From the NCBI RefSeq assembly GCF_006345805.1, contig NW_021836289.1, positions 1 to 64,000 on the forward strand: a DNA stretch of 64,000 nt, read 5' to 3'. Shown piece after piece: positions 35,426 through 48,559 of the stretch. A program made the position numbers and the translations under genes. Every line of letters begins with the position of its first letter. Position 1 is the first letter of the stretch. A model generated the notes under the pieces. That model ran no database searches. It was not told the origin of the DNA and saw only the letters and a list, made by a program, of their open reading frames with translations. Source of the DNA: Octopus sinensis (taxonomy: Eukaryota).

Positions 35426-38400
35426 TATGGAAAACTTCCCCCACGGGTCTGGACATTTCACTCTGCCACCTTAAGAGAATTGGCCTTAACGACATCAAAG
35501 CCATAGTCTCTATTTACAATAATTTTGTTGGAAAAAACCAAATTCTGTCTGTCTGGAAGAAATCACGCATTATTCCACTGACCAATCTTATACCGCCCAA
35601 TCTCTATTTTTTTGCACACTAGATAAAATACTTGAGATTATTTCCCGACAGAAGACAATCAAACACACATTCCAAGCTATCTCTCTTTGATTCTGACCTT
35701 CCGCTGTTCAAGCACCCAACTGTTCTCGGACTTATCTTTGATGCAACCATGTCTTTCAACAAACATGTTTCGAACATCTCAGACAAAACAAACAGGCGTA
35801 CAAACATTGTAAAAGCAACAAGTGATCGGTGCCTGGGAACTACTTTGATCCCCCTGTCTATCTACAAGCTTTACCGAGGGACTCTAATTCGCTATTGGGA
35901 TCCGCTCAAAACCAGGAGCGTTGTTTTTTCAGGTATTTATAAACAGAACAGAAATTTTTATTGTAAAAAAACAAGAGACTGGGACAGAAATTTTTTGACA
36001 CCGATAAAACGAGACGACTACTTGAGGCAGTCGAACTCTTCTGAGGAAACGTCTATTTGCTGTCTGGAGCAAGTTGGGCGGTTACTGATTCCGATCGATA
36101 AATAGGTCGGTCACTTGAAATTGTTTCCGGAAAGACCGAATAGATATCTCAATGACCTGTCGAATCTCTGGGGACCTGGTCTCCGTACAGATTAGGACAG
36201 GGCCTCGTGAGTCAAGCCTGTAAGCTAGCTTCACAACGTAGCGCCGGATTTTTTCGCATTTCCTATTAATTTTCTCAAGATCTTTCGAGTAGTACCACGC
36301 TTCCATCTCGTACAGCTAGCTGGGTAGGATGGTTGCGTGGGGACGAAGAGGAAAGTCCCTAGGTCCAGATACATGCTTCTTAGGAGACAGAGAGCTGCGA
36401 TGGCTTTCGCTCTCTTTTTCTTGACATGCAGACAGTAACCCGAGTTAGAGTCAATTGTAAGCCCCAGGTAGCGTATCGAGTTGAGGCGGTTAATTTCAGC
36501 TAGGGGCTCTAATCTGGTGAATTTTTCGAGTTGATTTGCGAGTAAGCTGATTTGTCAATTGCTAACGAGAGCCGCTTGCTGGTGAACCACTTCTTTATCA
36601 CCTCAATGTAGGTGGAAAGCCTTCTTTCTGAGGTCTTTGCATCCTTTGAGGTGTCAACGACGAGGACGTAATCTGCATATAAAAGCATGTATGTCCAGGC
36701 GTAGGGGGCAAAGGAAAACTGTTCATTAACAAATTGAGGAAAAGTGGACTGAGGGAGGACCTTTGCGGCACTCCCTGAGGAGTTTGATGTTCAGGTATTT
36801 ATCGCATCAATTGTTTCTTTTATAGTGATTCCATCATATTTATTTGACAAGTATTTCATGGAGTCTTCCAGGCGCATTTCTATCCCTTCAACAGTATCCA
36901 CAGATACTACATATCGTGGGTCAAGCTCTTGGACCTTTTCTAACTGTTCCCGAAATAAAGAAGGGACATACTCATGTTTTAAAGAAATCTCATTCCCTTT
37001 GGAATCCCTATCATTTAGACCAGTGTAGGCATCCAGTTTAGATTCTTTTTAGTTCACTTCAAATATTCGTTCCTCCAAGATTTATTCTTCTCTTCTTTAG
37101 CTTTTGTAATAATGATCTCTTGAATATTATAAATTCTGATTCTGAGGTCATGACGATCCAAAGCATCCACAGATCTTCGTAATTTTCTGTATAATCTTTG
37201 TTTTTTTCTCAATTTGTAGATCTCTTCAATTTAAGCGTCCTTTTAAGGATAACCTTCCGCAAATACGTTTCAAGGAAAACCAAAATTAGGTTCCTGAGAT
37301 CCAAATCACTTTTTCTAAACGTTCTATTTATTTAATTGGTTCGATTTTCTTCATATCAAGCTCCATGCGATGTATATTTGGAAAAGAGCTCAGTCTGTTA
37401 TATCTAACGAAAAAATATTTTTCAAAGTGATTTCTGAATTAAAAACATAATGATGTAGGTATATGATCACTCGCAATTTCGTTCTCAAGATTGGTGGTTT
37501 CGCAATATTGGATTAGCGATGCAGAGACAAGGTTGACTCTAAGCAATAAAATCCATGCCGTAATAATGGTTCGGAACTGGCGACGTTAGAATATAAAATC
37601 CATAATCTTCAGAAAGTTTTAGGTTGTGCTTTTAAAGCAACGTGTTTGGAATTACCATCCCGTAATTATTCCATTTGAAGAAATTCCGAATGATTTTTGA
37701 ATATCTCCTGAATTTTCGAAAACATGGCCTCAATAGTGACCCATCCAATTTTTAACTCGAAATTGACAAGTGTAATTTTACTCGATCGGACATTCATGTC
37801 ACCGAATTGATTAGGCATAATATATTTGCAATTTTGATTGGTAGTGTGGGATACGGGGAATGGCCAGTAACAACGACGTGATTTGTCCAAACGCGTTTAT
37901 TTCAATCAAATTCTCTACTTATACGAATAAATTCTTCAATTTAGTTCCCAACTGAGTAAAATTGAAGAATTTGTTGGGACTCGTTGTCAATTGCACCACC
38001 AGCATAAGCTTCACTCACGTGATTAAAAACTGTCCTGTCTGTGAAAACGGAGTCAATTCAGGTACTTCTCATCTAAAGATTTTAGGCCACCTTATTTCGA
38101 AGTGTCTGTGACGTTGGTTAATAACCCATTTCAGTTTTACTGTGATGAATTGGCAATGGTATACCGAACTGTGAGTGTCTATTGCATTTTGTTATTTCAT
38201 CAAACAAATGATGTTATATTAGACACTCATATACTGTAGATAGAGCCACAGTGATTCTCGAGCGAAATTCTGTCAGGTTATTGAGGATTATAGTGCAGTC
38301 AATGATTGACTTGTTTAAAGAGATATGTAGACAGAGTCCTTCCCAGTAAGACACCATGTTGACTCCCATAATTCTCAAATAATGGTGAGAGACACGTAAA

Positions 38401-38882
38401 GAAGAATATTGCATTGTCTTGGGCATCTCGACTAAAAAGTGTAACTGCTTACTCAGTCTGTAGATTTTGTAATTCCACTCAGTTAGTCAAATTACACAGT
38501 TCCAAAAACTGCACTGTCCTCATAAATTAATGTGAGTGAAATCGCGCAGGAAAAATCTGTTTGATGTCATTTTGCCCAATGTAGTTGACTTGTATATAAT
38601 TCGACTGAAGAATATTTTGCCATTCCAGACCTCATACGAGATAGTTCGTATTTCGCGAAAAAGTTACTGGGTGTGTCCATCGATTTGCATTATCAAATTT
38701 AATAATTCATTTAATTAAAAATATTATTTGAATGATAACCTGATTCCAATTAAATATACAATTGAGGTTTGACTGATGAGTTTAAAATGCCTGCGCTTTA
38801 ATCAGGACCACGGTGTGAGGCTGACCCATAAATATTAAGAGTGTTTCATATGTGGGACAGAACACGGCCTTCGAATCTTCAA
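35424..38882. repeat. Tandem segmental duplication, copy 2
   Basis: See copy 1. The junction cttc-AA-tatgg has 2-bp microhomology. Confidence 0.95.
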
Positions 38883-39916
38883 CTGCGACCCTCTCCAAAT
38901 CAAGGAAGTCAGATGTAACATAATCCGTGTATTTCCCAGCCTTCCCAAACACAGGCATCAATTGCGTGGAAATGTTATTTCGGAGCAATTTGATCGCATT
39001 TTCCGGAGATGGAAACAACGAGTCCTTCCTCCCTTCGGCAGGTGTGACTTGAGTCTAATGTAGTGTACATTTGGGACGACATAAAGAGCAGTGTTGTCAT
39101 CTCTGTGGAATTGGACAGACCCGTCCTCTCCATTCGTCTCACCCGGGATCGGTAGCCTCCCCGCGATATTGCAGAATTATTGTGGTTACTCGGACGCAGG
39201 TGACTGTCTATCCTTTCCAGTTCAGTCCAAAGCCGATCAAGAACTACATGACTAGTGACAATCCTCTGGGTGTGTTTCCTGGCTTATTCCAGGTTTGTGT
39301 GCTCTCCCTGCAATACCATCTGGGGGGATGATGGCCATTCTCGGGAGGTCTGATGGAGAGGTGTGTCTCCTTAACCCTCCGTCCACCATCGCTCACTACA
39401 TCCCTGCCCATCGAAATCCCATTGGGGCAATTGCTCTCAACAGGGATGGAATGCTCCTCGCCACAGCCTCAGTGAAAGGGACATTGATAAGAATCTACGA
39501 CGCCCTCAACTGTGTCCTCATCTATGAGTGTAGAAGAGGTCACAATGCTGCAACCATTTACTGGTCAGTCCCCTTTGTGATCCTCCAGTGTCAATTTTAG
39601 CAGGAATTCGGAAATGCTGTGTTCTACAAGCGATCACGGGACTGTCCACGTTTTCATGCTCCCCAAGACTGGGCGAAATAAGCAGTTGTTTATTTATTAA
39701 TATTTCCTTAGAAAGCACTTCAAATCAATTCACAGTTTTGCCAGACATTCAATTTCACACGCAATGTCTATTTGTGCATTCGGTGACTCGGCAGATTGTG
39801 TTATTGGTCTGATCCTTTCTCTATTGGTAGTGCTCACATCCGAGGGAACTTACCATAAAGTAGAGTTCGATCAAAACGGCAAAACAAATGAGCTCGTTTT
39901 GGATAACTTTCAATAG
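38776..39916 (+). CDS. WDR45B: WD-repeat phosphoinositide-interacting protein WIPI3 (PROPPIN)
   Basis: Spliced product [105 protein letters not shown]. Introns of 22-27 nt. Confidence 0.9.
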
Positions 39917-40178
39917 GATTTTTACTAATTTTATTGTTTTTCCACGCTTTATAGAACAATTAATTTTTTAACCACACCAAAATGGTCTTTACACAGGGAG
40001 ATTCAAAAATAAAAAAAGACATTCTATGTTCATCCAGACCCAGTTTTTTAGATGTTTCACTCGGAATACTTGGTTTCGAAAAGATACACTACAAACCTAT
40101 GTCTCTGGCTAGTTTCGACCTACGAGCGTCTCCCTCACTGTCAATTGCATTGTCACATCACAAAAATTAACACTCAAA

Positions 40179-41776
40179 CTAATCAAAGTAATCCTCAATG
40201 TCAATGTCCGAACTGAGCAGTTCATCTCCAAAGCATGACAAGTCCAACTGGTCGAGAATCAAATTTTCGAATGTCTCTGCCAAATCCGTGTTCCCAACAA
40301 GAATTGCCCCGACCATTTTGCCATCCGAAAGAACAGCCTGCCACTAACCCATCGAACAGAACCTTGATGTACTCAACTCCCTTCTTCACACGCAAATGGA
40401 CTACCGACCCTTCCAGTCCTTGTCCATTGAACAGTCCCAACAAAATGACCTTAACCCTGGTCAGGTAAAAACAACGTTAAAGCCGAAAAAAACGGTCTTA
40501 TGCCAGAAAACCTCGAATAGCATATCAGTCCTCTGCACACAAAGATCAAAGCTCTCAAGAACAGACTGAGCAGCCACAAGTCCCATGTCTCGAGCCTGAT
40601 TCCAAGTGCGGATCTGAAGCCAGAGTGCCGAGTCAGTCCAAACTGCAGAGGCGCAGTCTCCAGCCGCATATATGAGTGGGTCGCTCGTCCTCATTGAACG
40701 CCCTACAGCCAGGCCACCCTCATGCAGGTCAGGGGGATCCACAAATAGTCCTTCAAGAGAGGGCTCCACTCCAACAGCGCAAATCAGCAGGTCACACTCC
40801 ACGGATTCCCCATCCGTAAAAATAGCCCTTCTCCGTTGTCCAGAGGAGACCAAATCGTGCAGTTCTGAGCAGAATTTGACGTTTATTTCCCCGTCCTATT
40901 TGAGGACATTTGTCCTAACTCTATCGAGACTGCCACTCAAGTCGGTCTGCCACTGAGCCCCCATTGCGCATCCAAACTCATTCTCCACCGAATCAAGTCT
41001 CACAGAAGGTTTCCGACATTCGGAATAAATATCTTGCAGTTTGAGACGTGGACTGAGAGACTCGAGCAAGAATTGCGAGACACCCTCGTCGAGAAATCGA
41101 CTGTTGATGTGGTCATGTCGGATAGACCAAACGACATCACAATTGGTGACAGTGTGACTGTGCATTCAAATACGGCAACAACACTAATTCGGACGCAATT
41201 CCTCCATTTCCGAGAACGACGATTTTCGTAGCCTCGACTATCCGCTTTTGTAACTCCTTGGACACTCAGTGTTACGAAAACCTCACAGGTGGTGAGATCT
41301 CTCAAATATACCACAGACGACGGACAAGACACACAGACCTTCTAAAAGAATAGGGATAAACACAACTGCAGGGGCACAGCCAGTGCAAACACACAGTCGG
41401 CGATAACAGAGACTCCCACTTTTTGCAGTGTCGACTGTCTGGGAATGAGGAAAGTAATCCACCCGTTCGTGTCGTCTAATTTTGGTCACTCTGTCCACAA
41501 GAATATTCCCCGAAAAAGACGTGTCATCAACTTGTGTGTGAGCAATGTCAAATTGGTGAGTTAATTTGGTTTGCTTAAATATTTCAACCGACAAACTTGT
41601 TTGATGTTGATTACTTCTTTAACGACAGGAGACTGAGTTATCAGGAGGAAGGACAACTCGCTCTTACTTTGGGAGATCTGAAAACTTACTTAACAATTTA
41701 CAGATTCAGCGATGGTCGTGCCGGCAATTCCACCACCGATGATGATCAAGTCATACTCACGACACCCACACTGCAT
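40179..41776 (-). CDS. PYROXD1: Pyridine nucleotide-disulfide oxidoreductase domain-containing protein 1
   Basis: [73 protein letters not shown], and the diagnostic C-terminus [23 protein letters not shown]. Confidence 0.9.
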
Positions 41777-41997
41777 GTCAATTTATTACAATTAACAATA
41801 TAATCATTTTGAGTAAGTCCATTCCCGATAATAGGTAAAATAGTCTAATCTGATTCCTCAACAATCTTATGTGTCACTCCATTAGACACAACCTCATAGT
41901 TCGTCATCGATGGAGAGTCTTCAATTACTAGTGAGAATGACTATCTTTGCGAGAAGAATTTGAAGAGTTTTTAAGTCGCTAAAGTTGTGGGCTAGAC

Positions 41998-42134
41998 CAG
42001 TGATTCTCATGTGTGCCCCCTAAGTTCTTATTTTATTTTGCGTACTTCAACCAATAAATTAAACTCAATTTTGATTTTTTAAGCAATAAATAATTGTTAA
42101 TGTGCCCCCTGATTAAAAAGTTTGAAAATCACTG
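41998..42134. mobile_element. 137-bp hAT (Charlie/Buster-type) MITE
   Basis: TIRs cagtgattctca / (rc) cagtgattttca. 8-bp TSD ggctagac (41990-41997) vs ggctagcc (42135-42142). Confidence 0.88.
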
Positions 42135-42168
42135 GGCTAGCCCATTGAATGAATCAAACGAACATTAA

Positions 42169-42800
42169 TTAGGACAAACAGGTGTCATTTGTGGGCTCGT
42201 ATATTTCGTGGCGAAACAGCAGACCACCATCGTCGATGACTGGAGACACACTCCTCAGTCTTTCATACTCAAGAACAACTAACCTGCACGTGCTGATATC
42301 TGGAAAAAATGTGTCACAATCAAAGTCTTGGAGAATTCTGGTCAAATATATTTTGCTGACAGCAAACTGGGAGAGACAGGCCTGGGGAGTAGACGTGACC
42401 ACTGACCTCGTACACCTCCTGTCCTCCTATTGAGAAGATGGTGTCAATGGTGGGCAATGCTTGCAGATGGGAGAGGGCATTGCTGAGTGAAGAGAATCCA
42501 AGTGCTTGATTACTGACAAAAGCGCCTCTGCTGAGTACTACGTTTAATCTGTTAGGAAGTGGTCGGTTCTTTTCAGGAATGGATTCCCACGTTTTGCGGC
42601 CCATTAAGACAGCATTTTGCATTCCTGCTTATTAATACTATTCTAACCCTCTCGACTGGAGGATGTCACATCCTTGAAATACCTCAACTCTTTCCTTCCA
42701 TATTTTAGCCAAATATTTACTTGGAAAACCAAGGAATTCGGCCCTTGTAGCCAATCCCGTTGTTGGTACATGCCGCCACAATGAGACAAAGATTCTTCAT
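42169..42800 (-). CDS. DHFR: Dihydrofolate reductase (monofunctional)
   Basis: MKNLCLIVAACTNNGIGYKGRIPWFSKKELRYFKDVT..GMQNAVLMGRKTWESIPEKNRPLPNRLNVVLSR..IGGQEVYE..IYLTRILQDFDCDTFFP. Introns at 42695-42720 (26 nt) and 42625-42647 (23 nt). Confidence 0.95.
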
Positions 42801-42877
42801 TATTTAAATAAATCAATTTAATGTTATTAATAAAAAAACCAAATATCTATAATTAATCTATAAAATTAAGCTAATAA

Positions 42878-44359
42878 TTAATGTTCGGTCCTCGCATTTT
42901 CAGTTTGGTTTGGATCTGAATGTCCTGGACTATTCAAATCAATGTGATCAAAATTGGTGACATCAACTTGGGGACCTTCAATTTGTCTGGAAGTATCACT
43001 TTTGGGGACGTTTTGATAACTTCGGAAATAATCTGCTGATGATAAATAAGCCTCACGGTTCCTTTGGACACAGTATTGGCATTGTGTGCTATTACATAGG
43101 CATCTAAAAGTGAGTTATAAGTCTTACGGATAAACAGACTGTCTCCAGTACTGAGACATTAGACCAGGATAGTGGTGTGGTTGTGCAAATCTGTTCAGTG
43201 GTTGGCCTAATTGCCTCTGGAAACGTGGGTTTACAGGATTCTCAAACTCGTATGGGTATTCCTGTGGATGTTCTCTGACCCGTTGATATCTCGGAATAAC
43301 ATTCGGGATATATTCGTGGGGCGGATAGTACATTGTGGATGTATATGGCACAAAAATACGACTTTGGTAGTGTTGGTCGTAATTGTGTACTGTTGAGGGA
43401 TTCTCCAAATAATCCCCACTTTGGGCTGGCACGACATTCTGATGTATCCATGTGGCAGGAAAATCGTGAGGATACACATTCGAGAGGACGGGAGTTTCTG
43501 ACTCGTAGTCCGGATAAGGTACATTTACTGAGGGATAGGCCACGTTCTCCTCGGATTGTTCATTCCAAGATTCTGACCATTGCTGAGGATTCTGCTGCTG
43601 CTGACCAGAAAATGGTCTGTACACTCTTGGTTGTTGTATAGGATAGATCGGTTCTTGAGGATAGGGTATATTCCGATTTTGCAAAATACGATTTCTCACT
43701 CCAGCTTCGGTTTGATGTCGGTACCGTCGGGGTAAAGGGAGACCGAATCGCACATGAGATGGCACTGCCCTATTTCGTCGTTGTCTGGACAAAGGTCTCT
43801 CCTCACGTTCATTTTGTGGAGGTGCCACATTTTCCGTATCTATTGACTCAACTTGTCTATTCTCCAATGTTGGTTCGACGTTTGGTCGGGATGACTGAAT
43901 TGGCTCATTTCGAACTCTTCTCGAGGATCTAACCCCAGTCCTTCTATCTCGAGTACGGGCACGTGGCTGATCATAAAATAATTAAACACGACTTATACCC
44001 AGGATAAAAACTTGTACGCAAACCTTAAGTGTTTGATTTTGCGTAATTCGTTGGTCTGATATTTTGTCCGGATTGCTCTGCACAATTTGTCAACGTTCAT
44101 TCTAGCGTTGTTTGTTTCTTCTCCCCACAAAAAGGCCACGTGTGCGGGGTTGCATATTAAAAATTCGCGTCTCTTTTTGTTGATCCATTTGATCCACGGG
44201 TTTTCTGTCTTTAACAAACGTCGCAAAAATGCCAATAAAAGCGTACGGCTTCGAAATACCCCTAAATTATTTTGGACAGAAAAAAACACGTTTTTGTGGA
44301 GGCCATGAAGAACTATCGTCTTGGGAGTTACTGTTTGAGCTGGTGCTTGTTGACATCAT
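42878..44359 (-). CDS. ETS-domain transcription factor: N-terminal ETS domain and long P/Q/Y-rich tail
   Basis: LLAFLRRLL..WIKWINKKRREFLICNPAHVAFLWGEETNNARMNVDKLCRAIRTKY..LRKIKHLRFAYKF. A 32-nt intron joins this in frame to the 43124-43867 ORF. 3' end approximate. Confidence 0.82.
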
Positions 44360-45114
44360 GAATTTAGGAACTTTTGGATAACGGAATTGTACTTTTTTAT
44401 GTTTCAATAATTTTTTGGAAACTACTATTTCTATAAATAAGAAAAAGTAACGTCATTATGGAAGTTACTACAGGAAATGTAATTATTTCTAAACTTAGAA
44501 CTTTTGCTTCAGTGAGACTTATTCTCTGATTTTACATACTTCAAAAGACATTTTTAATTCTTCATTTAAGAGATCTCACTCTCTTTGCCAGGTACAGTAA
44601 GACTAAATCCTAACAAAACTTCCGCCATTGGGCACCTTCTGTTTTTCGGGACGATTTTATTTTAGTACATAATTTCCAGATTTGGAAATTAAAATATTTA
44701 TGAAAATATGGATAAGGTACAAAAACAACAATAATTAATTGTTGCTGGGGACCATGTGCGTATATTAAAATAACAGACAGAATCTGGATTCTGTAAGAAA
44801 AATTAGTTTAAGATATCAATTGCGGGAAAGAAGTCCTAGCAGAAATAATAACTGAAGTAATATATCAGGAAACTAAGATCTAGTCAAGAGTTGCAAGTTT
44901 AATAATGGAATTGGCACATAAAACAAAACAATGAGATCAGAAACGTACAAAATGACAAATATGTCAGAATACATCTTTTAAGACACTTCAAAAATATTAT
45001 AAGTTCAGATTAAACAAATTAAAAAAATGAAATTGATTTATTATTTCAAAAAAATGTTTGACAAATAATGAGTTTTTAACTAATCTATCAAACTATAAAC
45101 TCTATAGTATAGAG

Positions 45115-46200
45115 CAGGGTTTCTCAAGTTTTTTAACGTCGCGGTAAAATCGTTGATTAAACATTATCTATGGGGCCGCAAAATAAATTGATTGAAAACT
45201 TTCATTAATTTTTAACTAATTTTTAATTAATTTGTCATAACACGGAATATAGGAGGCACATGTAGATCGAACAGCAGACATAAGTGATTATCAGTCAATT
45301 TATTTCGGTATTTATTTTTTATGTGAATTACTTTACTGAAAATTGACTCACAATCGGTCTAAACATTAAAGCATGTTTATAAGCATTTATAAGTATTTTC
45401 GGATATTTTTCTTTGGGAAATGAACTATAAAATTTCATCAAATTTTCAATATTTAGCACTGGGGTAAATTCCATATTTGATTGAAGGTCTATCAATTTTA
45501 ATTAAAATGATGGCGGAGCATTCTCAGAATATAAAATTTTTATTGATGGCAAAATTTCATCAAAATACTTAAAATGAACTTAATTTTAATATACCTTAGA
45601 ACGTTTTTCAAATTCAAGAATAAGGTGACTGATAATGGTAGTATTTATTTATTTATTAAAATTTTCAAATATTTTTCAAATGAACCGTTAGCTTTATTTT
45701 CGCTCAAAAAAATAGAATGAATCGTATTTTTAAACATTATTCGATCTCTCCAAAGTTTAAATTTTTATATAAAAGAAACAATAGATCCATAGAGTTGATG
45801 GCAAAATTTATTGTAATTCATAATTTAACGAAGCTAAATGAAAGGTTAAATGTACCCAAAAAGAAAAATCAGCAATTTTCTACTGGTTTAAATATTGAGA
45901 TTGATTTTTAAATGACGTCTTTAATATATTGAGTTTTTTCTTGACTCTCCGAGATATAAATTGTATTTATTGGAGTGCTTCTTATAATGACTTTCAACAG
46001 TAATATTTTTCAATGAATTAATGACGCAGTTACATATCAAACAAACTGTTTTACCTCATTGCTCAACAAAAAAACTTTTTTTCCCATTCTATTTGAAATT
46101 CCCTAGGCACTTAATTTTATGGTGTTGGCGTCAACTGAAATGGTCCAATCACTTTTTTGGAATGCGGAAAAACTGTAATAAAGATTTCACGGTCTACGTT
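45115..46200 (-). mobile_element. Degenerate hAT transposon (SPIN/GTF2IRD2-like)
   Basis: TIR-like cagggtttctcaa at 45115, preceded by gtatagag. The minus strand encodes the BED-type N-terminus REFQIEWEKKFFFVEQ*GKTVCLICN..ESHYKKH near 45950-46110. The other end was not found. Confidence 0.6.
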
Positions 46201-46628
46201 GATCGTCACAAACGATTCCTTCCTATTGTTTCTGCACTCGGTTAGTCATTTATGACTGTTTTTGTGCTTGAGTGTAACGTGGGGGTTATGAAGAAAAAAT
46301 AATGAATACCTCTTTATCCCGTTTCCACAATATGAAAAAACCGTTGGGACTAGAAATAACGGTCGGTGTTCAGAGTATAGATAATCCGGGATAAAGATGT
46401 TAACTTTATATTAAAAAAGACTTAAAAAGATTTGTACCGAAAAAAAACAGCTAGTATAGGGAAAAATCCGGTATATTAGGGGCTGGTTTAGACAAATTCC
46501 ACCGTATTAGATTTGCCTATTCTCGAAAAAATGTTTAATTGCACAGGGGATGTATACGGAGAAGTACCATCGACATTAAAATATGTCTATCTGTACTCTG
46601 CCAAAACATTTAATGGAACATATGTTGT

Positions 46629-47039
46629 TGTTGTTGCATAACCCCGGTCTCACATTAGGGTATGAGACCGGCGGCAGGCAGAAACAACAGCGCCTTCGCG
46701 GGTTGCTCCCAAAGGACCTCGGGGGAGTGGACAGCAAATTTCCTGCAGACAGGGAGAAGAACAGGGCAGCGGAAAAGGTGATCAGTTGAGTGATCTTTGG
46801 CACAGCAGAGGTTGCATACCGGGGAGATCACGACGTTCAATGAGTGAGCGTAGGAGTTTAGTGAGTGGTGGTGGCCCGAGCGGAAACGAGCAAGGTTGAT
46901 CTGGGCGGAACGCTCCAGAAGCATTTCGGAGGGGTGAACTTCCGGAGGAAGTTTGTTGAGGACAGAGTTAGGCTTCAGCCTTAGAATGGACGACGTTGAA
47001 ATGAAGTCGTGGATTTTTTTCATTGGCTGTGAACATTGG
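46629..47039 (-). mobile_element. 5'-truncated (~410 bp) copy of the Vingi-like element at 16-18.8 kb
   Basis: Near-identical to 18370-18786, including the hairpin and (CAA)n tail. Flanked by the direct repeat tggaacatatgttgt (46614-46628 and 47037-47051). Confidence 0.95.
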
Positions 47040-47119
47040 AACATATGTTGTGACAGGTAAGCGCAATGAACAGTCACGTAATATTAATTTTATTCATACA
47101 GAGAAAAAACAAAAATAGA

Positions 47120-47818
47120 TCAATCAAGCGGCACAAATTTGTAATAATAGGAGATTGCATAATGAGTCATCAGACTGGACATGCACTCGGGGACACTGTC
47201 GGTGTGGATAGCTGTAAAACTAGGAAGAAAACGACAACCAGGAGATCCTTCAAAAACTGTGAAGGCTGGGACAGTCGTATCAGGGAGAACAACCGAGTTG
47301 TCAGCTACAACGCAGCAGTCGCACAAATTAGCCCTGTCTCCCTCACGAATAACCAAATAAACAGACAATGATGCAATTGCTGCCTATCCACACAAACGAA
47401 CTGACATTGACAGCACCCAAAACAGTATTTTCACCGATATGGACATAGCTCCCAATGTTTTGACGGAAAAAGAGATATCTTGACAAGTCAGATCCCCGAG
47501 ACATACCCCTTGGACGAATTTGTGAACGGTGGTCTTATGACAACGTTTGCTTTGATTACACAATATTTCCCAATGTCCACATTGGCCAAATCAGCTCTGA
47601 TGACTGTCTTGTCCATAATTATCGTCTGTGTTAAGGAGTTGGACAAACCTTTCCTTTGAGGGTGATCCGATCACGTGCCATTGGGACAGACCCGGTGCAT
47701 ATTTTATTTCCTGAGCCCTAGTGGAGTAGGGGAATTGTAGAACTGTTTCAATATATCGAGATTTTGGATAAAACACGTTTTCTAACTCATTTGTGATATA
47801 ATGGAGGACACTGTTCAT
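47120..47818 (-). CDS. DCTN5: Dynactin subunit 5 (p25)
   Basis: FYPKSRYIET, VIRADLANVDIGKYCVIKANVVIRPPF, IGSYVHIGENTVL, LCDCCVVADNSVVLPDTTVPAFTVFEGSPG, PECMSSLM..SYYYKFVP. Confidence 0.88.
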
Positions 47819-48003
47819 GACAACACGATATCCAATTTAAATTAATATTAATTTCTTAATAATAAATATGAATAATATTCTATAATTTGGTGTCGCGCGG
47901 CTTCCGCGTTACCAGTTCTATCGTGTTACGATTTGCACGTATTGACTTCTAGTCTAAATATAAGTTTAAATATATGACTTAAATTTTAGACCATGGTATT
48001 TGG

Positions 48004-48330
48004 ATGTTTCAGTTTTTGTTAAAAATGTTGTTTAAAAATGCAATACTAACTATTAAGAGTACAAAAACATTGTTTTATTTGAAAAGAAAATCCAAAAACA
48101 AAATAATTACTTTATTAGGCCGAGAATTCAACATTTTACGGAAGTTTAGTCGCTTAAGACACCCTCAATCACATAGTCAAATTGAAAAATGCAACCAAAT
48201 GTTTGCAAAAAGGATGTTTGTAAAAGAAAATTACAAATGGTCTACGAGCCTTGATCCAGTTCTCTATAACTACAAAATAAGTATTCATTCAGCAACAAAA
48301 AACTTAAAAGAAATTAAATCAAATTTTTGA
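48004..48330 (+). mobile_element. Degenerate integrase-core fragment (Ginger/KRBA2-SCAND3-like)
   Basis: RHPQSHSQIEKCNQ..WSTSLDPVLYNY..SIHSATK resembles the integrase PxHPQSxGxxERxNQ..W..L..YN..HSAT motif. Confidence 0.55.
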
Positions 48331-48559
48331 AATTAATCAGAAGAAACGCGGGTTTGGGAGCTACAAAACAATTGAGAAAAAACTGTAACGGAGACAGACG
48401 AAAAAAACCCGGAAAGTGTGCATAATATTGCTGAATCAACAGAGCCAGACGATAAAAACAGCCCCAAAAACATAGTAAAGCTTTATAATTTCACAAAAGG
48501 TGATTTTCCTTGGATAGTTGCTTCGAAATTTTTTATATAAAAAGTTCAAAGGAATTGGG

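Noticed and set aside
39960-40170. Small gene between WDR45B and PYROXD1
   Set aside because: Short frames exist on both strands, but there is no recognisable motif and no unambiguous splice model.
41820-41990. Extra exon or micro-gene between DHFR and PYROXD1 (MTNYEVVSNGVTHKIVEESD*)
   Set aside because: Too short, and there is no homology evidence.
44450-45050. AT-rich plus-strand gene divergent from the ETS gene (MEVTTGN|NFCFSETY...)
   Set aside because: There is one plausible 20-nt intron, but no sustained frame or recognisable domain.
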